A DNA stretch of 59,768 bases from a virus (lineage: Duplodnaviria > Caudoviricetes). The DNA lies in IMG/VR virus record IMGVR_UViG_3300020200_000031, positions 1 through 59,768 of that record; one strand, written 5' to 3'. The position numbers and the translations under genes are program-made. Each line of letters begins with the position of its first letter. The first letter of the stretch is position 1. The notes under the pieces were generated by a model, which saw nothing but the letters and a program-made list of their open reading frames with translations, ran no database searches and had not been told where the DNA came from. Positions 1 through 8,708 of the stretch are shown here, in pieces.

Positions 1-72
1 GCGATAAGAACCGTCGTAGCCGCAAGAAGCAATGAGGATGCCAAGAGCCAGCCCAAGACTAAGCCGTTTCAT
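1..72 (-). CDS. Putative lipoprotein, N-terminal fragment (runs off window edge)
   Basis: Read manually: ATG at 72 gives MKRLSLGLALGILIASCGYDGSYR, with basic N-terminus, hydrophobic stretch and lipobox-like IAS-C. Overlaps the stop of the 59..331 ORF. Confidence 0.65.
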   Translation of the reverse strand, partial: MKRLSLGLALGILIASCGYDGSYR

Positions 73-331
73 TCGCTTTTGCTTTCGGCGACTTTTTGTC
101 CACCTTGTTGAATACTTCGTTAATTTCGGAAGTAGTCAATCTCCCATCCTCAAGAAACGCCCTTGACAGCCCTTCGACCACTACCGCAACCCCCGCAATT
201 CCGGCCATGAATACGGCTTTAAGTACCGGAACGCCGGCAATTGTTCCTGCACCAATAATACCAAGACCAGATGCGGCGAAAGTAGCAAGAATTCTAAGAA
301 GGACATTCGCAAACAGGTCTTTGTTTTTCAT
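59..331 (-). CDS. Small two-TM membrane protein (possible holin-like)
   Basis: 90 aa; two hydrophobic helices followed by a charged C-terminal tail. Confidence 0.6.
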   Translation of the reverse strand: MKNKDLFANVLLRILATFAASGLGIIGAGTIAGVPVLKAVFMAGIAGVAVVVEGLSRAFLEDGRLTTSEINEVFNKVDKKSPKAKANETA

Positions 332-347
332 CTAACCAGTATCCCAT

Positions 348-385
348 ACAAAATACAGCGGCTCGGAACATGCCGAGCCGCTATA
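348..385 (-). terminator. Rho-independent terminator
   Basis: Perfect 10-bp stem agcggctcgg (357-366) / ccgagccgct (373-382) followed by a T-rich tract on the minus strand, downstream of 455..967. Confidence 0.75.
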
Positions 386-454
386 CCCTGGTGTTAATAG
401 ATAATTTTTAAGAGGCGGTGACCGAGCGTGAGCCCGAATCTTCGTCTAATTAAA

Positions 455-967
455 TCAGACAGTAGTGCCAGTCGCGGCGCCAGCAGTTGTGGTGCCATTC
501 TCCTGGTAGGTGTTCACGTTGGCTGCGGTAAGCACACCACCGTCGTGGCCACCACGGCGGAATGTGAGTGTGTATTCGTTGGAGCCATCGCCGTCCAGGT
601 TGTACTGGTCAACGACCAGGGTCACCATTAGGTTTGCACCTGCGGTGCCCGAGCCGACAGCAGAGACATCGACAGTAACGACTTCACCTGCAGCAAACGA
701 AGTGTAGGCTTCGGTCGCCGAAAGGCTGATTGCGGAGTCGCTCGAAGAGCCAGCGGCAATCTCGAACGAGCCCATAACGGTAGTACCCTTTTTGATGTCG
801 AGGGTGAGCGCCGAACCAGCGGGTGCGGTCGTGACAGCGCAAGCACCGCCAGCGATACGACCCTTAAACGGCATCACGAACTTTACTTCGGATGAGGCTG
901 AAAGCGTGCCAGGAATCTGGGCTGTCACGGTTGATGGATATGGATATGCGGTTGGCTGACTTGCCAT
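455..967 (-). CDS. Probable virion structural (head decoration-like, beta-rich) protein
   Basis: 170 aa rich in Ala/Thr/Gly/Ser, strong GGAGG RBS, own promoter-like site and terminator, GC-rich codon usage like the capsid gene. Confidence 0.55.
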   Translation of the reverse strand: MASQPTAYPYPSTVTAQIPGTLSASSEVKFVMPFKGRIAGGACAVTTAPAGSALTLDIKKGTTVMGSFEIAAGSSSDSAISLSATEAYTSFAAGEVVTVDVSAVGSGTAGANLMVTLVVDQYNLDGDGSNEYTLTFRRGGHDGGVLTAANVNTYQENGTTTAGAATGTTV

Positions 968-1002
968 GATGAATTCCTCCTATGGAATCGTTATTAAATA
1001 AA

Positions 1003-1037
1003 AGAGTAACATATGGCCAACATCTATATTGCAACTA
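1003..1037 (-). promoter_or_regulatory. Putative promoter TAGTTGCA-N21-TACTCT
   Basis: Same architecture as the site upstream of the major capsid gene (5653-5687). Confidence 0.5.
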
Positions 1038-1100
1038 TTATCACAACATCTCTGCACGTTTAAATTAACCAATAAAAATGGGCCAAAAAGGTCATTTTTT

Positions 1101-1961
1101 TTATTTATAAAGATTCTTGACAAAGCCTACGTTTGGCATATTTCGTGCTTTTCCCTTTGCTGCGAGGTCAACCCATACACCCTCTTCGTGATATCTATCG
1201 TCGCTCAAATCACCATCCACAACCGAAAACCCCAGAAACGAGTTCAAAACTTTTCCATTCTTTTTTCTGTTCGTAACCAGCGCCGCCGTTCCGCCCCTTG
1301 ACACAAATGACCGCACCTTGGCCAATTCCGACTTTTCGTTAACGCTGTATATGACCCTATATTTTTCACCGACTTTGCCATTTCCTTGCAAAATAGCCGG
1401 GTTCTTGCTGTAATCATAAATATAGACATTTGGCATTTTGGGGTGACCATTAGACAGGGTTGGAAGAATTGCATACCAACGTAAATCGCTGTTTACGTTC
1501 AAACGAACAAGCACCTCTTCATTTTCGTCGGCGTGTTTTTTTATTTCTAATCCCAAAATTCTTAAAAAATCTTCTGGATGTTTTGCAAGAAATTGAGTTT
1601 TTACGTTTCGGGCTTTTTGAACGCTTGAATATCTGCCGTTTCCATTATCTAGAACACAAACGCTTGTACAGTGACCGCGCCATGCACAAGTTTCGATGCC
1701 TGAAACGTTGGCGTGTTGAATTGTCAATCCGACTGTATAAATTTTTGATTTTTTGAGTTTATGCTGAACGTCGGGAAGAGTTAATAAATTAGCATAAGAG
1801 CCGAAACCATTATCGATTCGAAAGTTTTTCCATGACAACTTTGCGTCTTTGACACCAACACCGTCAACGCCGTCATTAAATGCTTTGTCAAGTTGCTCAC
1901 TCTTTGATTCCAGCAGGAATGAAAGAATTTGCTTTATTTCTCTTTTTTGAATTCCACCCAC
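1101..1961 (-). CDS. GP88-family phage protein
   Basis: Cys cluster TCAWRGHCTSVC, G-GRY, VRLNVNSDLRW and YDYSK motifs typical of GP88. Confidence 0.75.
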   Translation of the reverse strand: MGGIQKREIKQILSFLLESKSEQLDKAFNDGVDGVGVKDAKLSWKNFRIDNGFGSYANLLTLPDVQHKLKKSKIYTVGLTIQHANVSGIETCAWRGHCTSVCVLDNGNGRYSSVQKARNVKTQFLAKHPEDFLRILGLEIKKHADENEEVLVRLNVNSDLRWYAILPTLSNGHPKMPNVYIYDYSKNPAILQGNGKVGEKYRVIYSVNEKSELAKVRSFVSRGGTAALVTNRKKNGKVLNSFLGFSVVDGDLSDDRYHEEGVWVDLAAKGKARNMPNVGFVKNLYK

Positions 1962-2338
1962 GTTTTATCACCAATCCCGAAATATTCACGGGCAAAACCG
2001 GCCTGAATTATGTCTGTGTTCAGGCAGGCGGTGGTGGGGTTTTCTATGTTTTCTGAAGAATAAATTTTGGCAAGGATTCTTCCGTACTTGTCATTCTTGT
2101 CGGGAATGGTATTCACAAACACCCACTGGTGGCGAGTGAGCCAATCACTGGTGAAAGACTTGGCCTTTAGGCCCAATTCTTTTTCGGCGAGGTCTTTTGT
2201 CCTTGATTCTGGAGTATTCACCCCGTAAAGGCGAACACGAATCTTGTGATGAATGTTGAATCCAAGGTCAATCATCAGGTCAATGGTGTCGCCGTCAACG
2301 ACGCCAAGACTTTTTGCGCTATACCAAAATCTTTGCAT
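1934..2338 (-). CDS. Thermonuclease (SNase-like) family nuclease
   Basis: VVDGDTID, RVRLYGVNTPESR and DKYGRILA motifs. Confidence 0.9.
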   Translation of the reverse strand: MQRFWYSAKSLGVVDGDTIDLMIDLGFNIHHKIRVRLYGVNTPESRTKDLAEKELGLKAKSFTSDWLTRHQWVFVNTIPDKNDKYGRILAKIYSSENIENPTTACLNTDIIQAGFAREYFGIGDKTWVEFKKEK

Positions 2339-3358
2339 TTAATTATTCTTTTTCTTCTTTGCGTTTTCATAACGCTCGAGCATTCTTCTTCCCTTGGCCG
2401 CAAGTGCTGCCGCATCCCCGGCATTCTGTGGCACCGGTTCACCCCATGCCGCTGCTGAAAGTGCGAGCCTTGTCGGGCGACCCTTTTCGTCCTTCATTGG
2501 ACCGGATGGATTGGTGAAAAAACGCGTGAGGAATGAGCCCTTACGGCGCATCTTTTCTGGCGTGTCTGCGGCGCCCTTGACGCCCGGCTTTAAATTCGCG
2601 CCTTCTGTTTTTTTAAAATGGGCCCGACCGGCCGCGGTCAGACCACCCTTGGGGTCACGAAGTTTTTTTTTGACCGATTTGGTTTCTTCGTTAAAAAAGG
2701 CTGATTTTTGCTGGCCTTCAGGGACGCAGTTCGGCACCATTTTGCCCCTTTTACCCTTCTTCATACCCACCTGTACATACCCGTCCCAGCAGGGCGCAAC
2801 TTTCAATTCAATGTCTTCTGGCTCGCCATCCTTGAAAAGTCGGAAACGACGCCTCTTTTTTCTCCTTCTGTTTGTCAGGGCTCGTCTTGCAAAAGCGAAT
2901 CCGACGTCAAAAAGAACCTTGAGTTCTTCTGCGGACTCTTCATCCATATTCTCTCGGTAGAGGTCGTCGAATTTTTCGTCGCTCAAATCCTCGAGCAGTA
3001 CGAGGACTTTTGTTTCATTTATTCCGAGTTCTATCCCGTGCGATTCGTATTCGTCTTCAATTTCCGCCTGTTTATAACTTGCCGGCGCACAATCCCCTTT
3101 GCATTCAGGGCAAGCCTCCATGACCATTTCGCTGCTGGCCTTGCACATGAAACCGTCGCCTTTTGAGTCGGTCATCTCTTCTTCGGGCTTGTCTGTGCCC
3201 TTTTTAGGCTTGCCATCAAAATCAACACTGTGGGCGCCGTTGCCGGCAATCATTATTTTGCTCTCTATTTCGGCTTTGTCTGAAATATCGTCTATGACAG
3301 CCATCTTGAAGCCGTATTTGCCAACAAAATTTTCTAATTCGTCACAATTCGTAGTCAT
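2339..3358 (-). CDS. Head-region protein with C-terminal DUF6321-like domain
   Basis: KGGLTAAGRAHFK...NLKPGVK...RRKGSFLTRF; also the PCWDGYVQVGMKK...VPNCVP mini-motif and a CxxCxxxC motif. Confidence 0.65.
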   Translation of the reverse strand: MTTNCDELENFVGKYGFKMAVIDDISDKAEIESKIMIAGNGAHSVDFDGKPKKGTDKPEEEMTDSKGDGFMCKASSEMVMEACPECKGDCAPASYKQAEIEDEYESHGIELGINETKVLVLLEDLSDEKFDDLYRENMDEESAEELKVLFDVGFAFARRALTNRRRKKRRRFRLFKDGEPEDIELKVAPCWDGYVQVGMKKGKRGKMVPNCVPEGQQKSAFFNEETKSVKKKLRDPKGGLTAAGRAHFKKTEGANLKPGVKGAADTPEKMRRKGSFLTRFFTNPSGPMKDEKGRPTRLALSAAAWGEPVPQNAGDAAALAAKGRRMLERYENAKKKKNN

Positions 3359-3792
3359 GATAATCCGTACGCTTTTGTAATTTTGTCAAGTTTTTCTTTG
3401 TTTCGGTTGTAATAGTCCTCCAAACTGCCACGCGCCGTAGTTTTTTCGAGCGATTCTTGTATTTTGTCTTTATTTGCCAGCCATTCTTTAAGCCCATTTT
3501 CCATATCACTTGCGGAAAGCGGTTTAATTCCTAGTTTTTTATTTAAACGCTCAAGTTGGTCAACGATGAGCGGTTTTGGATTTTTTTTAAGCCATGTTTC
3601 CCACTGTAGTTTGGCTTGAATTTTTTTATCCTGTTCCGACATGCCCTCGATATTTTTCTTTATTTCGAGAATTGCCTCATGTTGGGCCTCATTCCAATAG
3701 TGCTGTTGCAGTAAATGGTGTTCGTTGGCATAGAAGGCATTAACTAATTCTTTTTTTTCTAAATCAGACAGACCCTCACCGATAAATTGCAT
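3355..3792 (-). CDS. Hypothetical protein (145 aa)
   Basis: ATG at 3792 directly follows the stop of the upstream 46-aa ORF; preferred over the TTG at 3837. Confidence 0.6.
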   Translation of the reverse strand: MQFIGEGLSDLEKKELVNAFYANEHHLLQQHYWNEAQHEAILEIKKNIEGMSEQDKKIQAKLQWETWLKKNPKPLIVDQLERLNKKLGIKPLSASDMENGLKEWLANKDKIQESLEKTTARGSLEDYYNRNKEKLDKITKAYGLS

Positions 3793-3793
3793 G

Positions 3794-3934
3794 TTATTTG
3801 CGTCCCTTTTTAAAAGAGTCTTTTGGCGCGACCCCAAAAAGTGTGCCCATCCATTTTTCCAAACTTTCGGGCTTGGCCTTTGTATTGAGGGCGTATCGTC
3901 CGAATTCGCTTTTAAAATTTGGATTTTTAAACAT
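3794..3934 (-). CDS. Small hypothetical protein (46 aa)
   Basis: Read manually: MFKNPNFKSEFGRYALNTKAKPESLEKWMGTLFGVAPKDSFKKGRK. Fills the gap and abuts the next ATG. Confidence 0.5.
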   Translation of the reverse strand: MFKNPNFKSEFGRYALNTKAKPESLEKWMGTLFGVAPKDSFKKGRK

Positions 3935-3957
3935 AAACAATGATACTCCGGTCGGTT

Positions 3958-4176
3958 TTAGTTCTCCAGCATCAAATCAGAAAACATCTGTTTCATCTCG
4001 TCAAGGTTTTCTTTTTGAGAATAATGAAAAGTCAACGCCAGAATCGCGTCGTCGCGATTTGCTTCGCCGTCGGATAAAAGTGTTGCCAGAAATTGGGCTT
4101 CTTTTAATTGTGCCGGGTCGGCATCAAGAAAAGAATCGCGCATCACGGCGCGTTCGGTAGGGGAAAGTTTTTGCAT
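3958..4176 (-). CDS. Hypothetical protein (72 aa)
   Basis: ATG start, co-oriented, TATACT -10-like box just upstream. Confidence 0.55.
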   Translation of the reverse strand: MQKLSPTERAVMRDSFLDADPAQLKEAQFLATLLSDGEANRDDAILALTFHYSQKENLDEMKQMFSDLMLEN

Positions 4177-4199
4177 AGTCGCAAGTGCGAGTATAAAGC

Positions 4200-4244
4200 A
4201 TTACCCCCACCATCACCGAACAGGTCGGCTTTGGTGGGGGTAAT
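4200..4244 (-). terminator. Hairpin terminator after major capsid gene
   Basis: 13-bp stem attacccccacca / tggtgggggtaat with an inner ccga/tcgg stem, ~20 nt after the capsid stop. Confidence 0.7.
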
Positions 4245-4266
4245 ACCTAATTTATATTAGCCTTTA

Positions 4267-5583
4267 TCAGGCTGGGGCACTGTCAAACGAGACACGTACA
4301 AACGACTCTGGACGCTTGACGGCTAGCGCAAGGCGCTGCTCGGCAAGAATCACAATGGCGTTGCGGATGAAAAAGTCCGCGTGTTGCTCGCTGATTCGGA
4401 TGTTTGCCTGTTCTCGGTCGTAGAGTTGTGCACCCTGACCGAATGAACCGACAAGGGCTGTACCCTCTGGCATTGCTACCGACTCGACCAATGGCGTTCT
4501 CCACACCTTTGGCTCGCCACCAAGGGCAACCGACGTGGCAATTCGATACTGCCCGTTGGCATCCTTGTCGAGTTCGATTTGTTCCCAGTCATTCGGGTGA
4601 ATTACGACGCCCGATGGTTCGTAGTAGGCAAGCAACGACAGGGTGAGCGCACGACGGATGGCATCCGCACGTGAGTCCTTCACTGCTGTGTTGGCGCCAG
4701 TTGCGCCCGACGACCAGTTGTAGGTCTGGATTCCTGGGGTCTTCAGCACGCCGAGAAGGTTCTCGCCAGTGCCGTCGCCCAACAGAATCTGCGCATCTTC
4801 TTGCAGACGCAGACCGTACATCAGTTCGTTGTCAATGATGCCACGTAGTTGCGGCTCATCAGCAAGAACGTTGCGGTGAGCGGCTTCCCAGTGGGCCATT
4901 GTCTTGACTGAAGTCTGCGCACCCTCGAAGGTCATGCTGGACTGCGGCTTGATGCCGAATTGATTGCCAACGCGCTCCGCAACCATCGCGGCGTTGTTAA
5001 CAAAGCCGGTCTGACGGAAGAACTCAATGACCGTTGAGGTCGTTGAGCGTGCCGGGAAGAGGTCACGGACTCTCTTCGTGCGTTTTGCGGGGACAATCAT
5101 CGGGTCACGCTGCACAGTACCGAACACTGCGTTGGCGTTGTTGCCCATAGTGCCGGTTGGAAGCGTGGTGTACACGTCCTTAACTTCGATGGTGCCGTGG
5201 TATTGGAACGGAGCGGCCATGTTGGCGCCGTTACGTCCGTTGCCCAACGACTTGAATTCTGGGGACTGAAGGAATGCTTCACCGATGCTGCGTGTTTCAA
5301 CTTGTGTGAACTGTTGGGCCTGAGCGGCGGCTACCTGAGCAACCGACTCTTTGGCTTGTGAGCCACCCCACGACTCGACTTCATTCATTGCTTCAAGGCC
5401 ACTGATGAGTGACTTGATTTCGCGAATATCGGCCATGTTTTTGTCAAACTGAGTCTTCTGGGCGGTGGAAACAACCACTACACCATCTTCGACGCGGAAT
5501 GAATCGGCAATTGCCTTATTGTCTGACATTTTGGAACGAAGTGCGTCCTGCAGTTCGTTCAGTCTTGATGTATCTTGCGACAT
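4267..5583 (-). CDS. Major capsid protein, HK97 family
   Basis: N-terminal coiled-coil delta domain; RVRDLF, KPQS, L-D-PQL-GIIDNEL-YGL, QILLGDGTGENLLG, HPNDW, FIRN-IVILAEQRLALAVKRPESF. Confidence 0.95.
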   Translation of the reverse strand: MSQDTSRLNELQDALRSKMSDNKAIADSFRVEDGVVVVSTAQKTQFDKNMADIREIKSLISGLEAMNEVESWGGSQAKESVAQVAAAQAQQFTQVETRSIGEAFLQSPEFKSLGNGRNGANMAAPFQYHGTIEVKDVYTTLPTGTMGNNANAVFGTVQRDPMIVPAKRTKRVRDLFPARSTTSTVIEFFRQTGFVNNAAMVAERVGNQFGIKPQSSMTFEGAQTSVKTMAHWEAAHRNVLADEPQLRGIIDNELMYGLRLQEDAQILLGDGTGENLLGVLKTPGIQTYNWSSGATGANTAVKDSRADAIRRALTLSLLAYYEPSGVVIHPNDWEQIELDKDANGQYRIATSVALGGEPKVWRTPLVESVAMPEGTALVGSFGQGAQLYDREQANIRISEQHADFFIRNAIVILAEQRLALAVKRPESFVRVSFDSAPA

Positions 5584-5652
5584 TTTTTTACCTTTGTTGA
5601 GTATTGGATGTTAATTAATTTGCTCAGGTAAGCACCCAGCACTTATCCATCA

Positions 5653-5687
5653 ACAATACTCATTATTTTGCGTTTGTAGTGTAACTA
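5653..5687 (-). promoter_or_regulatory. Putative promoter TAGTTACA-N21-TATTGT
   Basis: Intergenic, upstream of the capsid gene; matches the 1003-1037 site. Confidence 0.5.
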
Positions 5688-5728
5688 ATCAATAAAACTT
5701 AACATAATAAAGTTTGTAAATAGTAATT

Positions 5729-8293
5729 TTACTTTTCTGGAAAATTACGCTTGAACCATGCAAGATTGGAATCGCCGCCCCTGCCACCCCCAGATTGCTC
5801 AGACCATTTTTTAAATGCGGGTTCATCTATCGCGCGGAAAACACCATTCTCTATTTTTGCAATAACCCTTGGTGCGGCGCCTGGCGGAATGTCCATGTCC
5901 CAGATGTACATATCTTGAATTTCGTTTCTATTTAGATGATTTGTCAACCAACCGTACATTTGTTGACCTTTAACCCTTATCAGGTCGACTGGCAATTGCC
6001 GTCCACCCTGAGCATTTCGAGCAGTCAAACGTTTTTCGGCTTTTTCATAGGGCAAAAACGGAATGTGAACAACTTTTTTGTAATTTGGGTCGGCCGTTGT
6101 TTTGTACTCGTAAAGACGATAACCCGTGCCTTCGGTGACGATATCCATTCCTTCATCAGCGGCGGCAGCAACAGTTTTTGTCGCACTTTTTGCTGATTCC
6201 CGATGAACGGAAACTGAACCCTTTCCGCCGTCATAACCAATGATTCCCTGTTTTATGAAATCGGGGTCTATATGAGCGGCTTCTGAGTTGGGTGGCATGA
6301 GCCCATTTTTGACTAGATGGTCAATAAGCGTTGATTTGCCAACGGCGCCCGGGCCAACGACATGATAATGAACCCGCGTGCCAGGTTTTTTATTTCTTCG
6401 GTCTTGGCGCACTCTTTCAAGAATAATTTGTCCCATTCTTTTTGCCCCAATGCCAACGAAGTTTTTAGTGTCTGGCATTGTTGATGACCTTAGTCCCCTA
6501 TTTTCTGGGCCATATTTTGAATAGAAGTTCAAAATGCGCTGCCATTCCACGTCGGTAAGGTCGCCATCCCTCTTGAATTTTTGGGCCAACGCATATGGAA
6601 CATTGAAACTTGGCTTCGAATTGGCCCAGTCGATGAAATGAATTTTTTGTCTTTCCGGCCACGTAGATGGGCTTGATTTGGCCATTTCGGACAGACTCAT
6701 GGAATTAGTGCTTGAGCGCAGCCCTCTAGCCGCATTCGTGTCGATATCGGGGGTCTTCGGGTCGACCGGGGTCGCCTTGTTTCCCGTGAACAGAAGATTT
6801 ATTTCTTCGTCCGACAAACCAAGTTTTTTTAATTTTGCAATGGAATTTTCAACCGTTTCTTTTCTCCGGTCTGCTTGACGAATAGGGTTTCCGCGTTCAT
6901 CGCGCTGAATCATTCCATCACCACGCTTCATTGGGTTTGCTGTTGAAGAAGACAAACCGCGAGAATCCAAATCCTGCTCGTTTCTTTCCAACGCCCTTCT
7001 CAGCAATTGACTTGCTCTTTGCTTGCTCACCTTCAATTCATCAGCAATATCTTGAATCTTTCCACCATTGGCTCGTATTTCCAAAATTCTGTTATCACGG
7101 TCATCAAGTTTGCCAACATTTCGGGTCTTGGGTTGGCTCGGCGTTTTGTCGGCAATCAACCACGCATCTCCAAAAATCAGCATGGGGTGAAGATTGAGTG
7201 CCGACATCACCAGTCTGTCGGCATCGAACGCATCGATTGATGCGTCTGGTTTGTGCATTGCGTCGATGACCTCCCTTGTCACCCCAAGAACTAATGCCTG
7301 TTCGTCTCGATTTTTGCGTAACCGCAATCTGTCAAAATTTAAAATTTCTTGCGCTTTTAATACCCCGCCCTTTTTAATTTTATTTGGGGTGAACCAGTTA
7401 TTTCTAACCGGAGATGCCCATCGTGGCTTACTCGTATCAATGCTGTCTGTCTCGCTGGCGAGACCACTTCTAATAGGGGCAACCATTTCTCTCCAGGTTC
7501 CATCAAAAATAATTCCGTCATTATCCATGTCGCGCCGTTTTTTGGGGTCTAAAACACCTTCGATTTTTTGTAGCGACCGACGCAATCCTCGGCTGGATAC
7601 ATTTGGTGTTACTGCGTGACCAATCGCCCTTCCGAGACCCTTGGTTCCATAAATTTCTTCAAAAAGAGATTTTTTACGCAATTTATTCTTGGAGGAATTT
7701 TGGAGTTCCCTACGAATAATTGTCCTAATCATTCGATTTTGAGATTCTCGTTGATTTCTTCTTCCCAAAAAAGTTGTTCCTGCAAGCCTGGCGTAATCGG
7801 TGTTATTGGTGCAGGGGAGCCATACTGTTCTTCCAGTCGCTGACGGCATTCTTCTAACGCCAATACACCCGAGCATCCTGCTACGTTTTCGTGCCGACTC
7901 TATGTCTACGAAAACATCCGGGTCATTATCCCGTGGCGATATGCCTGGGATATACGATTTGACGCCACCAGAATATATTGTTGAATTTATTGGTGCCGAA
8001 ACTATCCCGCCGCCCTCAAGCGTAGCAAAGCCGCCGAGCGGTTTGGTTTCTCTTAACTTTTCCCAGCCCTTTTTTTTATTTTTGCCCTTAGCGCGTCTTT
8101 TCAGATATCTTTCATTCATTTCTTGATATGCAGATTTTTTATCGGGTTCTGCGGCATTCGAAAGTCTTTCCAATTCCTCATGGGTTTCACACGGCATCCA
8201 TTTTCCGTCCATTTTGTGCGCACCGGAGCAGCCGACCCATTGTGCAACACGCAAAGCAAAAATCTTTGAATTTGTTTCAGGTTTTGCCGTCAT
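5729..8293 (-). CDS. Multidomain head-associated protein: Cys/His motifs, DxDxDG module, two HTH domains, C-terminal zeta-toxin-like P-loop kinase
   Basis: Walker A GPGAVGKST, HIDPDFIK, VHRES and DIVTEGT (zeta/PezT-like); IQDIADELKVSKQRASQLL (sigma region 4-like HTH); four RGLxSxT-type motifs. Confidence 0.75.
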   Translation of the reverse strand: MTAKPETNSKIFALRVAQWVGCSGAHKMDGKWMPCETHEELERLSNAAEPDKKSAYQEMNERYLKRRAKGKNKKKGWEKLRETKPLGGFATLEGGGIVSAPINSTIYSGGVKSYIPGISPRDNDPDVFVDIESARKRSRMLGCIGVRRMPSATGRTVWLPCTNNTDYARLAGTTFLGRRNQRESQNRMIRTIIRRELQNSSKNKLRKKSLFEEIYGTKGLGRAIGHAVTPNVSSRGLRRSLQKIEGVLDPKKRRDMDNDGIIFDGTWREMVAPIRSGLASETDSIDTSKPRWASPVRNNWFTPNKIKKGGVLKAQEILNFDRLRLRKNRDEQALVLGVTREVIDAMHKPDASIDAFDADRLVMSALNLHPMLIFGDAWLIADKTPSQPKTRNVGKLDDRDNRILEIRANGGKIQDIADELKVSKQRASQLLRRALERNEQDLDSRGLSSSTANPMKRGDGMIQRDERGNPIRQADRRKETVENSIAKLKKLGLSDEEINLLFTGNKATPVDPKTPDIDTNAARGLRSSTNSMSLSEMAKSSPSTWPERQKIHFIDWANSKPSFNVPYALAQKFKRDGDLTDVEWQRILNFYSKYGPENRGLRSSTMPDTKNFVGIGAKRMGQIILERVRQDRRNKKPGTRVHYHVVGPGAVGKSTLIDHLVKNGLMPPNSEAAHIDPDFIKQGIIGYDGGKGSVSVHRESAKSATKTVAAAADEGMDIVTEGTGYRLYEYKTTADPNYKKVVHIPFLPYEKAEKRLTARNAQGGRQLPVDLIRVKGQQMYGWLTNHLNRNEIQDMYIWDMDIPPGAAPRVIAKIENGVFRAIDEPAFKKWSEQSGGGRGGDSNLAWFKRNFPEK

Positions 8294-8301
8294 CGGCGAA
8301 C

Positions 8302-8700
8302 CTACTTTTTGTTGAATGCTTCGAGGGCGACCGCTTTAAGGGCAGCCAAACGTCGAGGGTAACGTTTTTGCATTAACCGCGCTTCTTCAAGGTCGTCTTT
8401 AAACTCCTCGTAAACACCCTTGAAGCATTTTCCCAAAAGGTCGCCACATTCATAAATATCACGGTCTCCCTTTTCTATGTTTATCCCGGAAACGGCGTCG
8501 CCCATTGCCTGCTGTAATTCCATTCCCCTTGTTGAAAGAGAAGGGAAACCCCAATCGGGATTCACACCATCAAAATCCATTGAGTCTCTACCATCGTCGA
8601 TTTCCGAAAACGGAGGATAGTTCATCAAAGCATTTAGTTCTCTTTCCTGCTGTTGCATTTTTCCTGCTGCTTTGTAGTAAGCATCATCTTGCATGGCCAT
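8302..8700 (-). CDS. Hypothetical protein (132 aa), possible partner/immunity protein of the upstream kinase protein
   Basis: GAGG RBS, starts 8 nt after the stop of 8709..14021; acidic. Confidence 0.6.
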   Translation of the reverse strand: MAMQDDAYYKAAGKMQQQERELNALMNYPPFSEIDDGRDSMDFDGVNPDWGFPSLSTRGMELQQAMGDAVSGINIEKGDRDIYECGDLLGKCFKGVYEEFKDDLEEARLMQKRYPRRLAALKAVALEAFNKK

Positions 8701-8708
8701 TTTTTACC

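Noticed and set aside
3794-4176. Stop-codon read-through or alternative genetic code joining 3958..4176 to 3355..3837
   Set aside because: A separate 46-aa ORF explains the gap; TAA, TAG and TGA all end well-supported genes, so the standard code applies.
5622-5640. Short hairpin upstream of capsid resembling 28263-28282
   Set aside because: Similarity is weak and in opposite orientation; not supportable as a shared RNA element.
7575-7595. Partial RGL matches (RGLRRS here; RGLTL, RGLDV, RGLQM, RGLKV, RGLSE elsewhere)
   Set aside because: They lack the downstream S-[S/E/D/T]-T and were not counted.
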